Below are positions 40,860 through 53,221 of a stretch of DNA of 64,000 nt, in pieces. Numbering within the stretch: the stretch's first letter is position 1; each line of letters opens with the position of its first letter. The position numbers and the translations under genes are program-made. The notes beneath the pieces were generated by a model. It saw nothing but the letters and a program-made list of their open reading frames with translations. It did no database searches and was not told where the DNA came from. This DNA is from Eledone cirrhosa (Eukaryota). The stretch spans positions 353,834,001 to 353,898,000 of the forward strand of contig OZ024740.1 in NCBI GenBank assembly GCA_964016885.1, written 5' to 3'.

Positions 40860-41330
40860 ATTGTGGATAAACACCAAGAAGTCCAAGATAAGGAGGATTG
40901 GACACAATACAAACCAAAAAGCAGCAGTCAACAGTTCTAAGCAGCAAGAGCAAAAATGAAGTGTACGTCAACAGCAAAAACGAAAAGACGGTCAGAATAT
41001 TCCAGCTAATGTGCTGTGTCTGGTCAACATCAACTATCGGCACATATGTGAACCACCACCTATACAACACAGAGCCATATGCCAATGAGACATGGAAGAG
41101 TATAGGAAAGATCGACTGAAACCTTAATGCATTCCATCAAAAATATCTCAAAAAGATCTTCACCTAATGAGCCCTGATTACAAATGAAATAATCCTAAGT
41201 AGATCAAAATCATGACCGCTATGAGAAGTAATTACGGAGCAAGGGTTTCGCCTAGTAGACCACATACTCTGACTATCCAATCACCAACACTCGAAAACGG
41301 TATTGACTTGGATATCTATCAGAAATACAT
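40860..41330 (+). mobile_element. Decayed RTE-like RT C-terminal fragment, preceded by SINE fragments (40413-40490, 40808-40856)
   Basis: INTKKSK, YANETW, LNAFHQK. Confidence 0.55.
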
Positions 41331-41830
41331 AATGTTGGTACCTCATTAGAAATTTAGTATCTCTATGACATATGTAAAGCATGATGTGGGATATACTTCA
41401 AAATCTCAGTCTAATTTGCATCTTTTTTTTCACGATAAAAGCTTCAAATTAAAAAAAAAATGTAGTTACATCTTTTCATTTTTAAATTAAAATCATTACA
41501 GATTTAAGGTAAATCTAATGCAAATATAACTTAAATCTTGGGGACAAGTTATATCTGTATTAAATTTACCTTAAATTTGAAATGATTTTAATTTATAAAT
41601 AAAACCCTTTACTTTTAAATTTAAGAATGAAAATACGCAAATATCTCCTAAACACATATTACACTCATACATATGCACACGCAAACATATACAAACATGT
41701 AACTACACGCGTAAAGTAATATATGTAATATATATATATATATTGAAATTCTCGTTAAATTCTAATTTGTTACGTAACTATGTGTGTTTATACTCTTTAC
41801 AAATTATCCCCTGTGATTGTTTGATGCGTT

Positions 41831-42004
<174 letters not shown>

Positions 42005-42097
42005 GAAGTAATTCCATCGGAAAAGTCCAGGAAAAAAGAGTGCTCTATGTAGGTAACAGAGCTTAATAGTTATGTAATAAACAACATAAGGCAATTA

Positions 42098-42158
42098 TTT
42101 CATTTACCAGTCGTTTCTTAAAAGCAAAAAAATTTTGCTTTCAATCATCAGACTGAAA
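42098..42158 (-). ncRNA. Type I hammerhead ribozyme (family C), left-arm copy
   Basis: tttcagt-CTGATGA-ttgaaagc..gcttttaa-GAAA-cgactgg-TA-aatgaaa. Confidence 0.72.
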
Positions 42159-42345
42159 AAATCCTGGTGTATTTATTGGCGTTGAATTTTAAAAACACAA
42201 ATATAATCTATATGAAAGTGAGGCTGGAAAAGGAAGAAGGAAAGGAAAAATAAAAACACACATGCAAACAGGCACACACACACACACAATTATATACATA
42301 CACATATATATATACATACACACATACATACACACACACATACAC

Positions 42346-42377
<32 letters not shown>

Positions 42378-43106
42378 TTATATATATGTGTATATATATA
42401 CATACACATACATATAAACATACATACATACATAAATATCAACATATCCATACATACACATACATACTAATGCACAAACGTGCATACACACACATATATT
42501 TTTTCTTATATTTATTTGTGTGTGTGAGTATGTAGGTGTGTGTGTACATTTCTATATTTGTGCAAGCGTATGTATGCGTGTATATATGTGTGTATGTATG
42601 TGTATGTATGTACGTGTGTATATACGTATGATTGTGTGTATGTATGTATGTATGTGTATGTATATATGTATGTATATGTATGTGTATGTGTATATATATA
42701 TATATATGTATGTGTGTATATATATGTATGTGTGTGTATGTATGTGTATATATATGTTTATGTATATATATATATGCATGTATATGTGTGTGTGTGTATG
42801 CACGTTTGTGTATTTGTATGTATGTGTATGTATGGATATGTTGATATTTATGTGTGTATGTATGTATGTGTATATGTATGTGTATGTATATATATATACA
42901 CATATATATATATGTGTGTGTGTGTGTATATGTGTGTATGTATGTGTGTATGTATATATATATGTGTATGTATATAATTGTGTGTGTGTGTGTGTGTTTG
43001 CATTTGTGTTTTTATTTTTCCTTTCGTTCTTCCTTTTCTAGCCTCACTTTCATATAGATTATATTTTTGTTTTTAAAATCCAACGCCAATAAATACACCA
43101 GGATTT

Positions 43107-43168
43107 TTTCATTCTGATGATTGAAAGCAAACCTTTTTTTGCTTTTAAGAAACGACTGGTAAATGAAA
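43107..43168 (+). ncRNA. Type I hammerhead ribozyme (family C), right-arm copy
   Basis: tttcatt-CTGATGA-ttgaaagc(12 nt)gcttttaa-GAAA-cgactgg-TA-aatgaaa: 7-bp stem I, 8-bp stem II, minimal stem III. Confidence 0.8.
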
Positions 43169-43193
43169 TAATTGCCTTATGTTGTTTATTACA

Positions 43194-43268
<75 letters not shown>

Positions 43269-43495
43269 CACACAGATACATGCGGACACACACATATATA
43301 CATGAGTGCATCCGCACCCAACTGTGAGTTAAGGGTGCCAACTTCACCGATGTTGCTCAATGAATGACCGGGACAGACCAATTCAGTTTGAACTAGACTG
43401 AACCAGTATCAGAGTTAAAAATACATTATGAAGAGAGAAGAAACATTTAGATATAATTAGTAATAAAATGTATCATACCTAAACTGTTCCTAAAT

Positions 43496-43583
43496 TCCTC
43501 GACTACGTAGTTTCGTGGCATAAACAAAAACAATATATCAAAGATATAGAGTCCCTGCGAGGTCTGCCGACTTATCAAGAGGA
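43496..43583 (-). ncRNA. Type I hammerhead ribozyme with U3-A8 core and palindromic stem III (unit 1)
   Basis: tcctc-TTGATAA-gtcggca...tgccac-GAAA-ctacgtag-TC-gagga. Confidence 0.72.
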
Positions 43584-44083
43584 TACCTCATTTTACTAGT
43601 CTCAAGAACGCGTCTACACGACGTGAGAAAGAATCCCAAAAGGCGGAGGGGGAGATAGTCACGCGATATAACGGTCGAGAAACAGAGCTAAGCCTCTTAT
43701 AACCACGAAGAAAATACCACGGAGGCGGAGGGGGTATTCATATCGAGGCCGCAGAAGAGGTAGTGAAGAAGGCGAGAAGTATGAGTAATGGAAGCTTTCC
43801 AGTTGTCCCCACACTTCGAAGATTGCTCGACCAGAGGGAGTTAATATATTTAGAAACACACAGATACATGCGGACACACACATATATACATGAGTGCATC
43901 CGCACCCAACTGTGAGTTAAGGGTGCCAACTTCACCGATGTTGCTCAATGAATGACCGGGACAGACCAATTCAGTTTGAACTAGACTGAACCAGTATCAG
44001 AGTTAAAAATACATTATGAAGAGAGAAGAAACATTTAGATATAATTAGTAATAAAATGTATCATACCTAAACTGTTCCTAAAT

Positions 44084-44171
44084 TCCTCGACTACGTAGTT
44101 TCGTGGCATAAACAAAAACAATATATCAAAGATATAGAGTCCCTGCGAGGTCTGCCGACTTATCAAGAGGA
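44084..44171 (-). ncRNA. Same hammerhead ribozyme (unit 2)
   Basis: Identical motif at +588. Confidence 0.72.
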
Positions 44172-45180
44172 TACCTCATTTTACTAGTCTCAAGAACGCG
44201 TCTACACGACGTGAGAAAGAATCCCAAAAGGCGGAGGGGGAGATAGTCACGCGATATAACGGTCGAGAAACAGAGCTAAGCCTCTTATAACCACGAAGAA
44301 AATACCACGGAGGCGGAGGGGGTATTCATATCGAGGCCGCAGAAGAGGTAGTGAAGAAGGCGAGAAGTATGAGTAATGGAAGCTTTCCAGTTGTCCCCAC
44401 ACTTCGAAGATTGCTCGACCAGAGGGAGTTACTATATTTAGAAACACACAGATATATATATATATATATATATGTCAATCGATTTTTAATTGAATGTTAA
44501 TAAATGCTCGGATCTATCCCTTAGAATCTTTGAGCTTATTCTACAGAGGGTATGGCGTATGTTTGTCAGACATGACATCCTTCATTTAATTTGGGTTATA
44601 TATACTGCTCCTAAATAGTAGAGCTTATCTCAGATGAAAGGACTTGGCTACTACTTCTAGCTGTCGATAATCATATTCACGCCGATAATCTGGGATTTGA
44701 CTACTGTGATTTACCGATTAATGGTAAAATATATTTCTTTATTTAATGAAATATATACAAAGGAGATTAATCATTATTGTATTTGAAGTTCTCGTTAAAT
44801 TTTAATTTGTTACCTACGTAACTATGTATACTTACACTCTTTACAAATTATCCCCTGTGATTGTTTGATGTGTTTATTTTATATATATATATATATATGT
44901 CAATCGATTTTTAATTGAATGTTATATATATATATATATGTTCGTGTATGAGTGTGCGCGCGCGCGCGTGCGCATGCGTGTGTGTCCGTGCGCATGCGTG
45001 TGTGTATAAAAATCATCGTATGCGAATCTCGAACTATCAAACTTACGAGGGGCTGAGGAAATAAAGTTTATAGATGTAGTGTTTTCAATCGCAAAAAATA
45101 ACTGCAAGTATACTCAGATGCTACAAAATAGATTATAAAATAGGATAAATACCCTTAGAGACTAAAAAGAATTTGACAGC

Positions 45181-45252
45181 GGCAGCTAAGAGGGATCGAA
45201 CACGGATCTCTCAATTACTGGCTGAGTGCTCTAACCATTGAGCTAAGCGTCC
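45181..45252 (-). pseudogene. tRNA-Thr(AGT)-like pseudogene between ~158-bp direct repeats (45014-45171, 45317-45475)
   Basis: D arm gctc-aatggtta-gagc, anticodon arm ctcag-ccAGTaa-ttgag, gttcgatcc; T and acceptor stems mispaired. Confidence 0.65.
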
Positions 45253-45937
45253 GACAAAAATCTTACCGGTTCAATTAAGGAGCTGAATCAAGCAGCTTTT
45301 TGAAAATGTACACAAACATCGTATGCGAAACTCGAACTTTCGAACCTACGAATCGCTGAAGGAATAAAGTTTATAGATGTAGTATGTTCAGGCACAGAAA
45401 ATAACTTTAAGTGCAGTCAAATGCTACAACATTGTTTATAAAATAGGGTAAATACACTTAGAGACGGAAAAAGAACTTTCCAGATTAAATCGTATAATTA
45501 TTCCATTCCTAATTTGCCAAAAATACCTAATACTAATAGAACAGCTATGCGATTTGACCTGAAGGATCTAATGTATAACGATAGTGTTACCCTTATTGTA
45601 ATACAGGTGTATATGAACGCCTATGTGATAAGTCATTTTCTAACGTAAACACATTACTATTACATTTAGCGGAATGTGTCGCCGATAGGGCCCAAACATA
45701 GTGCATTTCAGGTACGTATTTAATCAGCTATGTTTGAATACGAATGTTGGAGAGAAATTAAAGTAAATAATTGTTTCTACTTTTGACCACAAGGGCTCAA
45801 AACAATTGGGGGAAAATACAGGGTCAAAAACAACAGAGTGGAGTTTACATCGTGTGAAGGAAATAGAACATCGTCGAAGAGAAAACAACAGATATAGCAA
45901 TAATAGATTTAAATATTCATGGTAACAATATAACACA

Positions 45938-46053
45938 ATAATTGTTTCTACTTTTGCCACAAGGCCAGCAAATATCCTAGTGCATTACTGGTATTTTATT
46001 TTATCGACTGCTGCAAAGCATGGCATCTGACGCTCTACCGATACTGCCAATCC
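45938..46053 (-). mobile_element. Internally deleted tRNA-SINE copy
   Basis: Both ends match 12498-12688. Confidence 0.7.
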
Positions 46054-46959
46054 AAACACAATAATAAACGTAAATAGGGGGCGGGAGATACTGAACTTTA
46101 GGGTAATTCCAGGGAGAGCCCCCCCCCCCCCCCAAAAAAAAAACTCTAGATTACTCTGCCTCCTCACAGGCATTGAATATGCGCTCATCTAGTTTCTTTT
46201 TTCCTGCTTAGAAAAGCATAGTTTGAGTAGACAGACTGGGAGTCGTCAACCTCGGTGCTCTCCCCCACCTTTCATAAAACACACTAGAAAGCAGTGACCT
46301 CCCCTCAACACTCACTTTCTCTCATAATGCAAATAATTTGGTTCAGGCCTCCTTTGTTTTTTTCCAGCCAATGATACTGAACTGTTTTATATCATCCGTC
46401 GGAACATATCAAGAGAACAGTTTATTATTGCGTCAGTAGAGTACTCTGTAAGTGTCGACGACCTACCCGTGAGAAGTGGGCCATGTCAAACAAATAATAG
46501 GAACGCGTTTTGCTTTATTTTGTTGTTTATTCTCTTTTTGGATCTTTTTTTTCTTTTGTCTGTGTTTAACGGAGAAATACGAGCCACACTTCTAAATAAC
46601 CAATTCTATCAACAAGCAATGTTATTTATGCGTTGTACTGGTTTATATAGAAATGCCAACAAATGCAGCTTGGAAACAACTTACTAAATAGGAAAAATCA
46701 AAACGTTGATATATAAATATTGGTATATTAGAATAATATACATTACCATAAATATGTATTGCACACATATAACACTGCTATTTTGTCTCAGCTATGTTAT
46801 GAGTGTTAGTGACATATTATTATATTTTATGTTAACTTCCAGCAACAAACAACTACATACTCCTTTGCTTTTGATAAAAGCACGTACATCGGAACTGTCC
46901 ATATCGTATAAATATCCACAGTATGTCAAGCTTTCTAGAAAATAATCGGGTACATTTAT

Positions 46960-48170
46960 CCAATACTTAAATAATTCTTCAACTCCCCCTTTTGCTCTCG
47001 GTCTTACTTTATTTCTCGCATTCCTTATTTTCAACTCCTTCTTTCTCTCTTCGTTTCGCTCTACTTCTCTCTATCCTTTTCTTCAACCCCCCCTTCTCTC
47101 TCTGTCTTACGCTATTTCTCTCTACCCCCTTTCTCTCCGTCCACTCTATTTCTCTACGTTCCTTTCTTCAGCCCTTCTCTCTACGTCCACTTTATTTCTC
47201 TACGTTCCTTTCTTCAACTCCTTATTTCTCTTCCTGTTTCCCTTTATTTCTGACTATCTGGCGGAGTTTGTTGGTTTAATGAGAGAGGGGAAATTAAGAG
47301 AGTGAGAGAGAGTGAGTCATGTAGTGACATATGTGCTGGTCTAGTGAGAGAGAAGGAATTGTGAGAGTGAGTGAGGTATGTAGTGCGTTATAGAGAGTGG
47401 GAGAGAATGTATTGGTTTAGTGAGAGAGAGGGTATAGTGAGAGTGAGAGAGAATGAGGTATGTATTGAAATATATAGAGGGGGAGAGAACTTGTTGGTCT
47501 GGTGAGAGAGGTGGAATTAAGAGAGTGAAAGAGAGTGAGGTATGTAGAAGAATATATAGGGGTAGGGTAGAGAATTTGGTGTCTAGTGAGAGAGGAGAAT
47601 TGTGAGAGAGCGTGAGGTGTATAGTGGATTATAGAGAGCGGGAGAGAATTTGTTGGTTTAGAGAGAGAGGGGGGATTAAGCGCGTGGAAGTGGCTGACTT
47701 ACGTAGTGAGATATAGAGAGGGGTAGAGAGTTTGGTGGTATAGTGAGAGAGAGGGAAGTGTGAGTGAAAGCGATAGAGAGTGAAGCTTGTAGTGGAATAC
47801 AGTGAGGGAGAGAGAGCTTGGTGGGCAAGTAAGAGAGTAGGAATTACGAGAGTGATAGAGAATATAGAGAGGGGAGAGAATTTGGTCATTTAGTGTGAGA
47901 GGGGGATCTGCTAGAGAGTGAGGTGTGTAGTGGGATATAGAGGGTGTCGGAGAGTTTGATGGTTTAGTGAATGAAGGGGAATTTTGAGAATGATTGAGAG
48001 TGAGGTATGTAGTGATATATAGAGAGGGGAAGAATTGTTTGTGGTTTAATGAGAGGGGGGGAATTGTGAGAGTGAGAGAGAGTGCGGCATGAAGCGGTAT
48101 ATAGAGAGGGTGAGAAAAGTATAATGTTTTAGTGACAGAGGGGTAATGTTTTGAGAGAGGGTGACAAAAT
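46960..48170. repeat. Degenerate purine-rich ~60-bp minisatellite with a pyrimidine-rich 5' part
   Basis: Recurrent ggtttagtgagagag..gaattgtgagagtga..gaggtatgtagtg motifs. Confidence 0.7.
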
Positions 48171-48203
48171 AAATGTAAAGTGGCTGTGTATATGAGTGTG
48201 TGT

Positions 48204-48362
48204 GTTTCGACGGCTATTTCTGGACTGTCCAGAAATAGCCGTCGAAACGGCTTGAGCTCTGCCGTCGGGGTTAAACTTTTTCCTATTACCCACTCTACTA
48301 CCCTAAGTATTGAGTACTCTGGTGCGTTATGGTCCATCTTGTTCCTTACCACACCTCCTTCG

Positions 48363-48363
<1 letters not shown>
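48204..48363 (+). mobile_element. pLTR-like repeat (HHR family B 3' half) starting with a perfect 21-bp hairpin
   Basis: gtttcgacggctatttctgga-ctg-tccagaaatagccgtcgaaac, then cggc(ttgagctct)gccg-TC. Confidence 0.78.
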
Positions 48364-48404
<41 letters not shown>

Positions 48405-48406
48405 AT

Positions 48407-48575
48407 CCCGGGTTCAATCGGGGGTAACCATAGTAACTAAGGTACTCAATACATAGCAGAGTATAAATATTTGATATAGAAATGGGTTCTACAGGACTAG
48501 AACTGTTTCATTCGGGAGAAATCATCAGGGCTTGATTCTCCCGAAAGAAGCAGTCCTGTAGAAGCCATTTTATAT
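48407..48575 (-). mobile_element. HHR family A pLTR with a short inverted partial copy at 48533-48575
   Basis: Minus strand reads CTGATGA-tttctcccgaat-GAAA-cagttctagtcctg-TA-gaaccc plus the family tail. Confidence 0.75.
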
Positions 48576-48644
48576 TATACATACATACATACATACATAC
48601 ATACATACATACATACATACATACATACATACATACATACATAC

Positions 48645-49250
48645 ATGGTGGCTGCCAACTCGTTTTCGAGTAAGGCGACTACTTTATATCCATGTAGGAG
48701 AACCCCTACCGATGCGCTGAACGAGTGTGACTTTTTAGTCCAGCCAGCGACTTGAAAACTCTGGTACAAACACTACACTTGTGACAATTATTGACACATA
48801 GTGCTGTGCCCATGGTACCATGTGACGACAAGTGCAGAGAGATCTCCAGATATAAAGCAATGCCTGTGCCGTGAAGCTTTTATAGTGAGCAAAGGCACTG
48901 CACAAAGCCAGTCCCACTCTCTTAACCAAGATGATATTTACCAAAAAGAACAAGTCAACATCATTGGATACCATCAGGGTTGCAGGTGTTATATCAGATG
49001 TTTTCCTTCTCCTAGAATTCTGCCTTGACAAAGGCTAAGGGGTCATCTCTCCCGGTGATTTTGGATGGCCATTGACTCTTACGAGCTCCTTTGCCCTTTG
49101 ACAGGTTTTGTTTTTAGTCCTGCGGGATGTCCAAAGTCACCCTCCTCACCAAGAAACCTTGGTGGGGTTGCGAGTTTAGTCGCCAACGACCCGTCCATGA
49201 GACAGGTTGTACTGGGATACATGTTACCAGTAGCATCAACTGGTGACCTG
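48645..49250 (-). mobile_element. ~605-bp internally deleted RTE derivative (5' UTR fused to last zinc finger and 3' UTR)
   Basis: 48645-48830 matches the RTE 3' end at 26135-26320; 49060-49250 matches the RTE 5' end at 18985-19152. Confidence 0.75.
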
Positions 49251-49274
49251 ACATACATACATACATATATATAT

Positions 49275-49349
<75 letters not shown>

Positions 49350-49358
<9 letters not shown>

Positions 49359-50128
49359 CCGTACATACATATATGTATACAGACGTACAGTAGTATGTAC
49401 AGTATATACATACATGCACACATATATATATATATATATATGTACGTATGGGTTTACCGAACATTTATTATAATGTTCTGTTTGTTTGTAAACAAACAGC
49501 CCGAATTAAGCCGTACAGTGTTTAGCAACCATCGTTGCTCTTTTATTCAACACTGACAAAGAAACAATGAACTAGTTTCTAGCTTATTAGCTGTCATCAC
49601 CACCGTATACCTTCCTGTCAGTCGATTGAACGTTTGAAAGTATATACTTTCCTTATGCATATTAACGGCTGGGCAGCCTAATTTGCATATCCAGTGAGTT
49701 AGTCAGCCGGGCGCACCGAAAACGATAAAAGGAAAAAATGAAATTTCATTTCTCACTCTTAGTACGGCTGATACTTAAATATAAGTATGTATACGTACAT
49801 ACATATATGTATACAGACGTACAGTAGTATGTATATACATAGATGCACACACATATATATATATGTACGTATGGGTTTACCGAACATTTATTATAATGCT
49901 CGGTTTGTTTGTAAACAACCAGTCCGAATTAAGCCGTACAGTGTTCGACAACCATCGTTGGACTTTTGTTCAACACTGACAAAGGAACGATGAACTAGTT
50001 TCTAGCTTATTATCTGTTATCATCATACATACTACTGTATGTCTGTATACATATATGTATGTACGTATACATACTTATATTTAAGTATCAGCCGTACTAA
50101 GAGTGAGAAATGAAATTTCATTTTTTCC
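49350..50128. repeat. Unclassified partial tandem repeat (49350-49600 / 49786-50025) with a terminal inverted copy (50024-50128 vs 49731-49834)
   Basis: Direct and inverted homologies visible. Confidence 0.8.
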
Positions 50129-50229
50129 ATATATATATATATATATATATATTTGTAGTAAGGTTGCTTGAATGCGTCCATAGGCGTTATGCCGGTTGAG
50201 CACTATATAATATACTTGAATAATGATTA

Positions 50230-51590
50230 CACCGTGTAACATATTTTTTGTTCCCCGATTCTAAGTATCTGGTTTGTTATATCCCATTATTATTAAAAAA
50301 AACCACTATTTTTTAATCAGAAGTTTGGGTTTGTGGTCAGGAGTTTGATATTTCGAAATTTTCATATTTTTCAAGAAAAATCACATTTTTTTTTTAATTT
50401 ATCAGTTCATATAATTAAATCAACAGAGTATATATTTATTTTATTACACAAGCCTATCAAAAGCAAACAAGTAAAAACAAATAACACTTATAAAGCAACT
50501 TATACACATCAGAAATGACTGGATTTCCTGGATTTGCGGTTGTAGTCCAGGTTGCATTCCCGCACTAGCCCCCAGATATAGTCCCCCATCATTTTTTCAT
50601 TGTAGTGGCCCTGGTACCTCCGCTCTATCTCTTTCACATCTTGGTGGAATCGTTCGCCTTGTTCTTCTGAGTAGGCGCCCATATTGTCCTTGAATTTTTC
50701 CAGGTGAGCGTCCAGCATATGGAGTTTAAGTGACATCATGCATCCATAGCGCCAAAAGCCTTTATCAGATCCTGCACCAGTTGCTGGTAGTTTTCAGCTC
50801 TGTAGTTGCCCAGGAAGCCCTTAACAACTGCCTTGAAACAGTTCCATGCTGTTCTCTCAATCCTATTGAGCTTATTGGAGAACTCGGTAGACTCAAACAC
50901 TTCTTTATCTGAGGTCCAACAAAAATTCCACCTTTGATTTTGGCCTCAGATAACTTGGGGAAAAACTCAAGAAGGTACTTAAAAGCGGCTGATTCTTGGT
51001 TGAAAGCCTTCACAAACTGCTTCATCAACCCCAACTTAATGTGCAGTGGCGGCATTAGCACAATCCTGGGATCAACCTGTGGCTCCCACATGACGTTCCG
51101 GGTCCCAACTACAAATTCTGTTCGCTGCTCCCAGTTCTTTCTTTTGTAGTGGTCAGGGGTGACTCTGCTGTCCCAAAGGCAGAGGAAGCATTGGAATTTG
51201 ATAAAGCATCCTTGGAGTCCAAGCAGGAAAGCCACCATCTTGAAGTCTCCAATGATTTCCCAATTGTACTGGTTGTATTGCAGAGCTTCCAAGAGGACTT
51301 TCACACTGTAGTAATCTTCCTTCAGGCAGACTGAATGAGCTAGGGGCAGTGTCGGGAACTTGTTTCCATTGTGGAGGAGGACAGCCTTCAAACTTGTGGT
51401 GGAGCTGTCTATAAATAGCCGCCACTCCTTGGGCACAAACGGCACCCAATAACGTCAAACAGTCCAGGCACGTCATGGTAGAAGCAGAGGCCATCCCTAA
51501 GAGTGTAAAAGCCTGAGAAAGGTTCGTCTCGACTTCTCTGACTTGTCACCTGCACTTCCTCCTTGATCAAGTTCCACTGCTTCATCCTGG
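50230..51590 (-). mobile_element. Chapaev3-like (RAG1/Transib-related) DNA transposon, truncated and frameshifted
   Basis: EWRLFIDSS..SLKAVLLH, IGDFK, CFLC, PPLHIKLG, LHMLDAH, SEEQGERFHQD; terminus caccgtgtaaca at 50230. Confidence 0.8.
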
Positions 51591-51623
51591 AGACGAATGC
51601 TTAAAACACAATATATTTATATT

Positions 51624-51746
<123 letters not shown>

Positions 51747-51826
51747 GTGCGTGTGCGTGTGTGCGTGTGTGTGTTTATATTTTATATATATATGCACAAA
51801 TCTAATAACAAATTTTATTCTAACTA

Positions 51827-52739
51827 CAGGGTAACCCCAAAAAAACAGAACCCACAAAGCTTTGAATAATAGCTGATAATTTTTATTTTTATTCTTTTCT
51901 CTTTCAGGGCATACAAGTCGAATTTGTGAATGAAAGATTGGAACAATAATCTTCCTCAACATGTCTTAGTCAACCAAGGAAAAGACATTTTGCCTGGAGG
52001 CCTATTTCGCCAACAAATCATACATATTTTCTGAGACAGTTTCGGTGTCGTCATGCTCCATCAAAAAGCAGAATTTTTGACTGGGTTCAGAAGTTTAGAG
52101 AGTATGGGACTGTGCAAAATCTTAATTCTAAAGGTTTGAGAGACATTTATTCTGGTCGGAGGGTGAGTGCTAGGACAGAAAGGAACATTGATGCTGTACG
52201 GGACTCAGTGGGGCGGAGCCCAAAGAAATCACTTCGACGACCCAGTCAAGAGCTGGAAATCTCTCGAGAGTCTTTGAAGCGTGTTCTCAAATCAGATCTT
52301 CATTTGTATCCTTATCATATCCAAATAAAGCACAAACTTGCGGAGGTGGACATGGAAAAACGCGTAACCATGTGCGAATGGTTTTGTGACACAATCGCAG
52401 ACAATCCAGACTTCTTGGATCATGTTTGGTTCTCTGACGAAGCGCACTTTCTGCTGTCAGGACATGTAAACAGCAAAACTAATGTTTATTGGGGTACAGC
52501 CTCATCAGAGGATGTGTTACAGAGGCCGTTACACTCAACAAAGTGCACAACATGGCATCATCGGCCCATATTGGAGCATATTTTGGAAAGAATATGACTT
52601 TTAGGCAAAGCGACCAAGATAACTGAAACTTTGGGGAATGATCGTACACAGACTGAAGTTTAAGTCCAAGAAATTTGCTGGACCTTTGTAGAATTTAATA
52701 AAATTTTAGTGAGTTCTGTTTTTTGGGGGAGTCACCTTG
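51827..52739 (+). mobile_element. Tc1/mariner DNA transposon (DD41D/rosa-like), internally deleted
   Basis: TA-cagggtaaccccaaaaaaacagaacccac / gtgagttctgttttttgggggagtcaccttg-TA; WFSDEAHFLLSGHVN..PLHS. Confidence 0.88.
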
Positions 52740-53189
52740 TATATAAATAAAATTAATAGCAACATTCTAAATAAATAAATAAATAATAGATAAATAATGC
52801 CTGATACTTAAACCTACTTACTATCACCTATTAGATAATTGTCCAGCCCTGCAATGTCACACAACACTCTAACTATACAAGAAAAATAACTAATAACTAA
52901 TAGTAAATAGTAATGCTTTAAGAATTGTAACTCAACCTATAATTTTGCACGGCCAAAAAACTCCATGTACAAAATATGCTTTTTGAATCTAACTGCTTGC
53001 TTTACGCTCACTGTTTTGATATTATATTTATTCTTGAAACCACTTGAAATTGGTAAACTTTATTCTTTCTTATTTTCCAGGGGATATGTGTATGGTTGAA
53101 TTGATAACTAATAATTTTCAGTTGTTCTGCATTGAAACGGACGTAGAAATAAAGGAATGAATGTAAGTTGTTACCCTTATTTTTTTGTA

Positions 53190-53221
<32 letters not shown>

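Larger units (their letters stand above)
42067..43200. repeat. Large inverted repeat with ~430-bp arms and ~280-bp spacer, pLTR-like
   Basis: 42067-42498 is the reverse complement of 42782-43200. Confidence 0.92.
43262..44452 (-). mobile_element. ORF-less 588-bp tandem unit (two copies plus ~15 bp) with one HHR per unit; retrozyme-like or PLE pLTR tandem
   Basis: ttagaaacac recurs at 43262, 43850 and 44438; (TA)n on both sides. Confidence 0.75.

Noticed and set aside
43659-43935. Short ORFs within the 588-bp unit
   Set aside because: No RT or GIY-YIG motifs; they cross the unit junction or use non-ATG starts
45181-45252. Functional tRNA-Thr gene
   Set aside because: T stem and acceptor stem do not pair; kept as a pseudogene
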